Shown: piece by piece, positions 25,934 to 32,000 of the stretch | How positions within the stretch are numbered: position 1 is the first letter of the stretch | Layout of the letters: each line of letters opens with the position of its first letter | From: an uncultured Muribaculaceae bacterium | GTDB taxonomy: Bacteria > Pseudomonadota > Alphaproteobacteria > Rs-D84 | DNA length: 32,000 nucleotides | Direction of reading: 5' to 3' | Assembly: GCA_965231035.1 (NCBI GenBank) | Contig: OZ246409.1 | Span: 1-32,000, forward strand | Position numbers and translations under genes: made by a program | Notes under the pieces: model-generated | What the model saw: the letters and a program-made list of their open reading frames with translations, nothing else | Database searches by the model: none | What the model was told of the DNA's origin: nothing

Positions 25934-27487
25934 CTATTTAATTCCAACAGTGAACTCGTCATTCCAGCCCGCAACAGATTTGTTACCAATTGTGCAACTG
26001 ATATCTTCAAATCCATTCTGAGTTTGATTTTTTTTGATAACGCTGCTGGTTATTAATCCGCCAGCTGTACCCAAAACAACACCAGCAACAGAATCCGAAA
26101 CTAGGCGTGCCTTGTTAAAATTACCTTCTTTGTCAGTCCAAACACTTTTGTTGAAATTAATATCTTTCATTGCAGCTACTGCTGTTTTGATTGCTTTTTC
26201 AGAATTAGCAATGGCAGTTGCGTTACCATTATCACCAGTTGAATTATCAATCTTTTTTTCATCTTTCTTTTCTACGCATTGCTTTGTCGTTGCGTCCCAG
26301 TTTGGTTTTTCCGACTTTGTACATTTGCAAACGTTTGGCGTTACAGTTGTATCCCAGATCGCACCAGAATCTTTGGCTGTCTGTAATTCGCAATCAATCT
26401 GAGCCTGAGTTTTAGCATTTGCAGCGATACATAATTTCTGTGTGCTGTCCCAAGTTGGTTTTTCCGACTTTGTACATTTGCAAACGTTTGGCGTTACAGT
26501 TGTATCCCAGATCGCACCAGAATCTTTGGCTGTCTGTAATTCACAATCAAGCTGAGCCTGGGTCTTTATGACAGTTTTTTTCACTGTATCACCAATTGCC
26601 GTACATGTACATAAAGTGTTTGAATAGGAGGTGTCTAAAAAATTATTTTCTGCATCAAAATTATTATCTTGTTTTGTTAAAACATAAAGATTGTTATACA
26701 GAATTGATTTTTTTGTTGCCTTGCATTGTTCAGCTGAACATTTTTGAAATTGGTTCGCATTGTACTTTTCCCATTTATAATTTGTACCATATTGCTTGCA
26801 TTGTAAAATTGTATTTTCAGTCGTATTTTGCCCTTTGAACTTTGGTTTTTCTGCCACAGTAAAAGGAATTAAAGAGTTAATTACCCCTGCAAAACATTGG
26901 TCATAAACAGTTTCGTTATTAAACCAAATATATTTTTCTGAATCGCGGTAATCACATATTTCTTCTTCTCCGTTCCAAAATTTTTTTGGATCAGATTCAC
27001 AATCTTTCTTTTGATTTTCTTCTGCTTTGGTTATTTCTGAAATATCAATTTTGCAGACACCAGGTAAAACCTCACCATAATTGGAATCCCGTAAAATTTT
27101 GTCAGGATTTGATGTATCGAATTTATTTATAAGACCAATACTGTCATTAAATTTAAAATATACGTCAGATTTTAGGCTTTTATCACATTTGTTAATTCTT
27201 GCATCATGAACTATTCCCCATGTGTAATCAAATAAATTTTGCAGGGAACAAGTATATATTTCATTATTGTCTACTTTGCTTCCTTTGAAAAAATGTCCTG
27301 CTGGAAACAAATATTGTTTGCCAATTAATGCGGATGTGCATCTGATGGAACTGCCTGAATTATAACCAGATTGGCTGGGATAGATATTTTCGTTATCGTC
27401 TTTGTTACTGGGTTCCGAGGCGAATGCAAATCCTGTGGTACTTGCAAAAACTGTAAAAACAAAAATCAAAGAAAGAATTTTTTTCAT
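25934..27487 (-). CDS. Secreted Cys-rich repeat protein with a C-terminal hydrophobic anchor
   Basis: Signal peptide MKKILSLIFVFTVFASTTGFAFA and many paired Cys. The 51-aa unit TQAQ(L/I)DCELQTAKDSGAIWDTTVTPNVCKCTKSEKP occurs twice. The C-terminus contains VAGVVLGTAGGLITSSVI. SD is AAGGGGA. Confidence 0.75.
   Translation of the reverse strand: MKKILSLIFVFTVFASTTGFAFASEPSNKDDNENIYPSQSGYNSGSSIRCTSALIGKQYLFPAGHFFKGSKVDNNEIYTCSLQNLFDYTWGIVHDARINKCDKSLKSDVYFKFNDSIGLINKFDTSNPDKILRDSNYGEVLPGVCKIDISEITKAEENQKKDCESDPKKFWNGEEEICDYRDSEKYIWFNNETVYDQCFAGVINSLIPFTVAEKPKFKGQNTTENTILQCKQYGTNYKWEKYNANQFQKCSAEQCKATKKSILYNNLYVLTKQDNNFDAENNFLDTSYSNTLCTCTAIGDTVKKTVIKTQAQLDCELQTAKDSGAIWDTTVTPNVCKCTKSEKPTWDSTQKLCIAANAKTQAQIDCELQTAKDSGAIWDTTVTPNVCKCTKSEKPNWDATTKQCVEKKDEKKIDNSTGDNGNATAIANSEKAIKTAVAAMKDINFNKSVWTDKEGNFNKARLVSDSVAGVVLGTAGGLITSSVIKKNQTQNGFEDISCTIGNKSVAGWNDEFTVGIK
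26261..26566. repeat. Tandem duplication of 2 x 153 bp inside the Cys-rich protein gene
   Basis: 26302-26389 is identical to 26455-26542 (88 bp, checked base by base). Similarity extends over 26294-26413 and 26447-26566. Confidence 0.9.
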
Positions 27488-27545
27488 AAAATATCCCCTT
27501 GTTTATAATACGGATAATATCATAAAGGAGCATTTTGTTCCAGTA

Positions 27546-28319
27546 TTAAATTGTTTTTTGTGTAAAAACCAAAACTCGTTCAATTTCAGATAAATCGTAA
27601 AAACAGTTTATAAATTCCCAACCAGAATTTTCAAAAATTTTACGAACGGCGGAATTTTGACCCTGACCAATTTCTAGATATATTTTCCCGTTTTCTTTTA
27701 ATAGTTTCTGTGCTGACTTTGCAATTTGTTCGTATGCTGCCAATCCATTATTTTTTGCATACAGTGCCATTTTTGGATCATGCTGTGCACCTGTATCAAC
27801 ACGCTTGTCACTGTGGGCGATATATGGTGGATTTGAGATTATAACATCAAATTTACGCTTCAAATCTGAATTAAATTTTTTATGCAGTATTTTAATTTTA
27901 TCTTTTAATTCCAGATTTTGTACATTTCTTCGTGCGACACGAACAGCAAACCAAGATTTATCAATTCCAACACCAGTTGCGTTTGATGAATTTTTTACAA
28001 TCGCAGAAACCAAGCATCCTGTACCTGTACCCATATCTAAAATATCCAGATTTTTTTCGCTTTTATGATTTTTAAGAACAGCTTCGACCAATGTTTCACT
28101 GTCTGGTCTGGGATCCAGAGTCCATTTGTTTGTATAAAAAGGTAATCCATAAAACCATTTTTCATGAATTATTTTTGCCACAGGAGTACTTTTCTTCAGT
28201 TGATGCGCAGCTATCAATATCTTGAATTTTGAAGGTTTTTGCCACTTATTAAGGATTATTCTGGCGGCACGAATACCACCTGCGCATTTTAAGATTTCAA
28301 AGGCTTGATTTGTTTTCAT
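27546..28319 (-). CDS. prmC: HemK/PrmC-family protein-(glutamine-N5) methyltransferase
   Basis: SAM motif ILDMGTGTGC, catalytic NPPY (IISNPPY), and the upstream DPRPDSETLVE block. Confidence 0.88.
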   Translation of the reverse strand: MKTNQAFEILKCAGGIRAARIILNKWQKPSKFKILIAAHQLKKSTPVAKIIHEKWFYGLPFYTNKWTLDPRPDSETLVEAVLKNHKSEKNLDILDMGTGTGCLVSAIVKNSSNATGVGIDKSWFAVRVARRNVQNLELKDKIKILHKKFNSDLKRKFDVIISNPPYIAHSDKRVDTGAQHDPKMALYAKNNGLAAYEQIAKSAQKLLKENGKIYLEIGQGQNSAVRKIFENSGWEFINCFYDLSEIERVLVFTQKTI

Positions 28320-28353
28320 AAAGCTATTATAATCGGCTTCATGAAAAAATCAA
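28305..28353. promoter_or_regulatory. Back-to-back divergent promoters sharing a palindromic ATTATAAT -10 region
   Basis: Plus strand: TTGATT (28305-28310), N17, TATAAT (28328-28333), N7, ATG 28341. Minus strand: TTGATT (28353-28348), N16, TATAAT (28331-28326), N6, ATG 28319. Confidence 0.55.
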
Positions 28354-29591
28354 AAACTATTCTAAACGCGAACCGGTTAGCACAGATAATTATTTTGTTT
28401 GCCATATTGCTGGCTACGGTTGCTGTTTCAATGCTAATTACCAAACGTGGTCGTCAAACGCTTGGAATCCAGGAATGTACATCCCAGATAACTGTGGGCG
28501 ATGGTGACACACTATCAAAGCTTTTGGGTGCCCAGGGTGTTTCCCCACAGGATATTGATTCTATTTCAAAAGTATTAAAAACTCAGGTTGGAATTTCCAA
28601 ACTGCGTGCTAATTCTGATAGAATTATATTTTCACGCACTGCGGACGATGCGCCTGTTAATAAGATTGTTTTTATCCCCAGTCCCTGGAAGCAGGTTGAA
28701 TTAACCTGTAAAGACGGAGAATGGTTGGCAAAAACTATCGATATTGCACCAGATACAAGGTTGATTTACAAACAAGGTGAAATTAAAGATGGGGATAGCT
28801 TTTATGTTGCAGGTGTTCGTGCAGGAATCCCAGAAAGCGTTTTGGCCGATGTCTATGATTTGCTGGCTTTTGAAATGGACTTTGAACGTGATATTCGCGC
28901 AGGTCAGGAATTCTTTGTTTTGTACGAAGAAAATTATTCTGACGGTGCAAAGGTTGATAATGGTCGCGTTGTTGCAGTTTCGTTCCAGGCTTTGCGTGGT
29001 GATGTAAAAATGTACAGATTCAAGAAGTCTGACGGTATCGCAGGTTATTATGACGAGTCTGGAAACGGTGCGATTAAATCTTTGAAACGTACCCCAATAA
29101 ATAATGCTCGCGTAACCAGCAGTTTCAGCCTGCATCGTTTACATCCGGTTTTGGGATTTACACGTGCACACAAGGGTGTAGACTTTCGTGCAGCAACCGG
29201 AACTCCGATTCCTAGTGCAGGTGCTGGTCGTGTTGTTGCACGCGGATATAATGGCGGATACGGAAACTTTATTAAAATCAGACATAATGGGTCTTATGAA
29301 ACTTTATACGGTCATATGTCCAGATTTGCCAAAGGTGTTGGTGTAGGAACAGCTGTACGCCAAGGTCAGATTGTTGGATATGTTGGTGCAACAGGAATTG
29401 CAACAGGTCCACATTTACATTATGAAATTATAAAAAATGGCGTTCATGTTAATCCTATGACAGTTCAGTTGCCTGCGATTGATAATTTGAATACAACGGA
29501 CAAGGAAAAATTCCTGAGTTTAAGAAAGATGATGGATTCAGCAATAAATGTGCTTGCCGAAAAACCAGATATGTTTGTTCAGATGTTATAA
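28341..29591 (+). CDS. M23-family murein endopeptidase with an OapA/LysM-like N-terminal region (MepM-like)
   Basis: N-terminal TM helix, ITVGDGDTLSKLLGAQGV, and M23 motifs HKGVDF and GATGIATGPHLHYEI. Confidence 0.9.
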   Translation: MKKSKTILNANRLAQIIILFAILLATVAVSMLITKRGRQTLGIQECTSQITVGDGDTLSKLLGAQGVSPQDIDSISKVLKTQVGISKLRANSDRIIFSRTADDAPVNKIVFIPSPWKQVELTCKDGEWLAKTIDIAPDTRLIYKQGEIKDGDSFYVAGVRAGIPESVLADVYDLLAFEMDFERDIRAGQEFFVLYEENYSDGAKVDNGRVVAVSFQALRGDVKMYRFKKSDGIAGYYDESGNGAIKSLKRTPINNARVTSSFSLHRLHPVLGFTRAHKGVDFRAATGTPIPSAGAGRVVARGYNGGYGNFIKIRHNGSYETLYGHMSRFAKGVGVGTAVRQGQIVGYVGATGIATGPHLHYEIIKNGVHVNPMTVQLPAIDNLNTTDKEKFLSLRKMMDSAINVLAEKPDMFVQML

Positions 29592-29616
29592 AAAACCGCC
29601 AATTTGGCGGTTTTTA
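29590..29616. terminator. Bidirectional terminator between the M23 peptidase gene and ogt
   Basis: Stem AACCGCC/GGCGGTT (29594-29600/29606-29612), loop AATTT, A5 and T5 on either side. Confidence 0.85.
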
Positions 29617-29910
29617 TTTTATAAAAACGTTTTCAGCGGCCAGTAATTTTCTTTTTGTTTTAATTCCACCGACACCGGAATATCCACCAATAGAACCATC
29701 CGAGCTTATTACTCTGTGGCAGGGGATTATTGGGGCCATTGGGTTTTTGCCAACGGCATTTGCAACTGCACGAACGGCATTAGGATGTCCACACATCGCG
29801 GCCGGTTTCTTATAACTGACCATTTGCCCACAGGGAATCATTGTCAACGCCCGCCAAACATCCTTTTGAAAAGGTGTTCCATTCAATTTTTCGATATTTA
29901 TATTTTTCAT
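29614..29910 (-). CDS. ogt: Methylated-DNA--protein-cysteine methyltransferase, catalytic domain only (98 aa)
   Basis: TPFQKDVWRAL..IPCG, NAVRAVANAVGKNP, and active site IPCHRVI. ATG 29910 is used; the upstream part of the tracked ORF is AT-rich, hydrophobic read-through. Confidence 0.85.
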   Translation of the reverse strand: MKNINIEKLNGTPFQKDVWRALTMIPCGQMVSYKKPAAMCGHPNAVRAVANAVGKNPMAPIIPCHRVISSDGSIGGYSGVGGIKTKRKLLAAENVFIK

Positions 29911-29959
29911 ATCCTTGATAGTATCAAAGTTTCTGATATTGTATAAATAAATTAATATA

Positions 29960-29987
29960 TTGACAAAAATATATAAAGTATTATATT
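29960..29987 (+). promoter_or_regulatory. Promoter of the 30008..30634 gene
   Basis: TTGACA (29960-29965), 16-nt spacer, TATATT (29982-29987). Confidence 0.55.
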
Positions 29988-30007
29988 TGTCTAAAAGAGA
30001 ATAATAT

Positions 30008-30634
30008 ATGAAAAATAAAAAAGAAATTTTTGAAACAGTGGAAATTATCGCAGGAAGCCTGAATATTAGTGGGTATAAAACAGTTTTGGCAACAAACCTT
30101 GTTTTGTGCAAGAACTTTTATGCTCCTGATGCAGAAAAAGTTGAAATACCAGGGCTTATAAGAGCTTGGAATGTTCTGATTAAAAATGCAACGTTTGCAG
30201 ATTTTAGTAATATCGAAGAAACCGTATGTTTTGACGGGAGAAAATTAAAAAATGTAAATGCTCCGAAATACAGAATGTCTGGAAATTTGCATTTTCACTC
30301 GGCTGGTATAATCAATGCGCCAAAGGTGCAGGTAGATGGTAATTTATATGCTTTTAATGCGCATACAATAATTGTAAAAGATGTTAATGGAAAACTGTAT
30401 TGTAATAAAACAGCCGTTGTCGAAGGCAATTGTAAAGAAATTAAAAGAAATGATAATTGGGTTTTTGTTAATAACAAGGTTTTTATTATAACAGAAGAAA
30501 AAAATAAAAAATGTGTGCTGGTCAGCGAGGATGGTGAATATAATCCCCATGCTATACTAAACAAATATGGAGAATGGGTTTTACACAGTAACCTTATTTC
30601 AAATATAAAAAGAGACATGGAAAAAGGTATATAA
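30008..30634 (+). CDS. Hypothetical soluble protein with GNL(H/Y) repeat units resembling those in 17923..18690
   Basis: RMSGNLHFHS / VQVDGNLYAFN / DVNGKLYCNK spaced 17-19 aa apart. No signal peptide; it has its own promoter and terminator. Confidence 0.6.
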   Translation: MKNKKEIFETVEIIAGSLNISGYKTVLATNLVLCKNFYAPDAEKVEIPGLIRAWNVLIKNATFADFSNIEETVCFDGRKLKNVNAPKYRMSGNLHFHSAGIINAPKVQVDGNLYAFNAHTIIVKDVNGKLYCNKTAVVEGNCKEIKRNDNWVFVNNKVFIITEEKNKKCVLVSEDGEYNPHAILNKYGEWVLHSNLISNIKRDMEKGI

Positions 30635-30642
30635 TTTTTAAT

Positions 30643-30667
30643 AAACACCCGAAAGGGTGTTTATTTA
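30643..30667 (+). terminator. Terminator of 30008..30634
   Basis: Stem AAACACCC/GGGTGTTT (30643-30650/30655-30662) with a GAAA tetraloop and a T-rich tail. Confidence 0.75.
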
Positions 30668-30728
30668 ATTAAGGTTTGAATTAAGGCCTAAAATAGTGTA
30701 AAATATAACATGTGGGAGAGATGTGTTA

Positions 30729-31220
30729 ATGGCTTTTATAAAGCGCGTTTATAACACGTTGTTTAAATTTTTATCACTTCTGTTTTTTTTGCGACATATT
30801 ACTTTTAATTTTAAATATGGTCTCAAAAGGAAAGAGGGTGGTCTTTTATACCCTAAAAGATTTCAATTTATTTTAATTTGTTTTTGCTGTGTATTTATTC
30901 CTGATGTTTCTTATGCTGAATTAACAGCTAAAACATATGTTGATACAATAGCCTCAAGCAAAGTGAATACTGTGGATTTGGCAAGTATTATTGCCGCGGC
31001 CATTACCGGTAAAGAAGATACGACTAATAAAATTAAATCTGTGTCTGGTGGTGGAACTGGGATCACATCCAGTTCAACTGATACTGGGTACCCCAGTGCA
31101 AAAGCGGTTTATGATTTATCAACGACCAAGGTAAGTTTAACTGGTGATGAAACAATAGGTGGAACAAAAACATTTTCGACTGGACCAATTGTTCCAACTC
31201 CAACTTATCCGACTTTGTAG
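30729..31220 (+). CDS. Phage-tail-fibre-like exported or anchored protein (shares motifs with 1548..2084)
   Basis: Hydrophobic FQFILICFCCVFIPDVSYA, then TAKTYVDTI, KEDTTNKI, SSSTDTGYPSAKAVYD and KVSLTGDETIGGTKTF. The start is ambiguous (GTG 30723, ATG 30729, or an internal TTG). Confidence 0.7.
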   Translation: MAFIKRVYNTLFKFLSLLFFLRHITFNFKYGLKRKEGGLLYPKRFQFILICFCCVFIPDVSYAELTAKTYVDTIASSKVNTVDLASIIAAAITGKEDTTNKIKSVSGGGTGITSSSTDTGYPSAKAVYDLSTTKVSLTGDETIGGTKTFSTGPIVPTPTYPTL

Positions 31221-31230
31221 TGTTTAAAAA

Positions 31231-32000
31231 ATGAAAAAAATATTTTTGATTTTTTTAAGTGTTTTTTTATTTTGGACCTCTGATGCGTTTTCCAATCAGG
31301 GGATAAACGTTCAGTATGTTCACAATGCCGTAATGGCAGAGCATAATATTAACATCCCAATAAATGCAGCTGTAAATCCAAATGCGGCTGCAAATATGCA
31401 ATATGTCTTGTACCTTGTTGATTTAGCAAATCAATCATTGAATGGATGGGCTGTAACAAATTATGCATCAACTGCATATGCTACAACAAAATGGGCAGAC
31501 ACAACATCTGCAAACTATGTTTTGAAAAATTTAATAAGAATAGTACCTGTTTTTACAGCAACTACGGTTGCCAGTACAACAAGTTTCAGTTTTTACATAA
31601 GTGCAAAGGGAAATTTTTCAATTAATTGGGGTGATGGGAATACAGATACAATTACAAAAGCAAATACAACAAATACTTCATATTCTCATACATATTCAAC
31701 GGCTGGAACATACCAGGTAAAAATATCTGGATTGGCAACAGGTTATAATACAAGTCCGACCGTATCTGCGATAAGTTTTTCTTCTAATAGTAAACTTGCA
31801 GGAATTAGTGGAAAATTAGGTACTATATTTCCCACAGTTGGAACCGGGGTCGGTAATCAACCGGTTTTTTATAATTTGTTTTCTAATTGCACAAATTTGG
31901 TTGGGTCAATTCCCACAGGGTTATTTGATGGTATAACAGGAACCCCGATTCCATCAATATTTCAAAACACTTTTTATGGGTGCGCTAGGTTAACAGGATC
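31231..32000 (+). CDS. Secreted surface protein with a PKD-like motif followed by LRR-like (BspA/DUF285-type) repeats; partial, runs off the window
   Basis: I translated this frame myself: ATG 31231 is open to the window end. The signal peptide is MKKIFLIFLSVFLFWTSDAFS. INWGDGNTDT...YSHTYSTAGTYQVKISG is PKD-like. LFSNCTNLVGSIPTGLFDGITG...FQNTFYGCARLTG forms the repeats. Confidence 0.7.
   Translation, partial: MKKIFLIFLSVFLFWTSDAFSNQGINVQYVHNAVMAEHNINIPINAAVNPNAAANMQYVLYLVDLANQSLNGWAVTNYASTAYATTKWADTTSANYVLKNLIRIVPVFTATTVASTTSFSFYISAKGNFSINWGDGNTDTITKANTTNTSYSHTYSTAGTYQVKISGLATGYNTSPTVSAISFSSNSKLAGISGKLGTIFPTVGTGVGNQPVFYNLFSNCTNLVGSIPTGLFDGITGTPIPSIFQNTFYGCARLTG

Noticed and set aside
26261-26566. 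Possible CRISPR-like or minisatellite repeat
   Set aside because: There are only two 153-bp units, both in frame and coding within one ORF. There is no spacer/repeat architecture.
26034-26838. Plus-strand ORFs inside the Cys-rich protein gene
   Set aside because: The minus-strand frame has a signal peptide, an SD and an internally repeated Cys module. The plus-strand ORFs are shadows.
28305-28340. TTG 28305 as the start of the M23 peptidase
   Set aside because: That TTG is the first half of a TTGATT -35 box correctly spaced from a TATAAT. MKKSKTIL... from ATG 28341 gives a normal n-region and TM helix.

Overview
This is an AT-rich chromosomal window from a Gram-negative bacterium. An alphaproteobacterial or endosymbiont-like origin is my inference from gene content only; no searches were possible. 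The backbone is housekeeping genes recognised by signature motifs: cspA, tRNA-Asn, fabI, ligA, a class-A PBP, an outer-membrane beta-barrel, comM/yifB, lepB-rnc-secG, tRNA-Gln, groES-groEL, DUF167, LOG, tilS-ftsH-MBL hydrolase, prmC, an M23 peptidase and ogt. Between them sit islets of orphan genes that look more AT-rich by eye. (1) Four divergent tandem paralogs of an unrecognised family lie between fabI and ligA (6678-8732); this is my best candidate for an undescribed system. (2) A single-gene 704-bp insertion is bracketed by 76-bp direct repeats (4628-5407). (3) A MuF-motif::GH108 lysozyme fusion converges on a lipoprotein gene (175-1292). (4) Phage-tail-fibre-like exported proteins occur at both window ends, and the right-hand copy is followed by a PKD/LRR-like surface protein (1548-2084; 30729-32000). 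(5) Two proteins carry GNL(Y/F) beta-helix-like repeats. (6) A Cys-rich surface protein contains a near-identical 153-bp tandem duplication. Other points are a patatin lipoprotein whose signal peptide lacks a canonical start codon, and a recurrent TATAAT-N6/7-ATG geometry suggesting leaderless mRNAs. No rRNA, CRISPR array, IS element, integrase or recognisable defence gene was seen.
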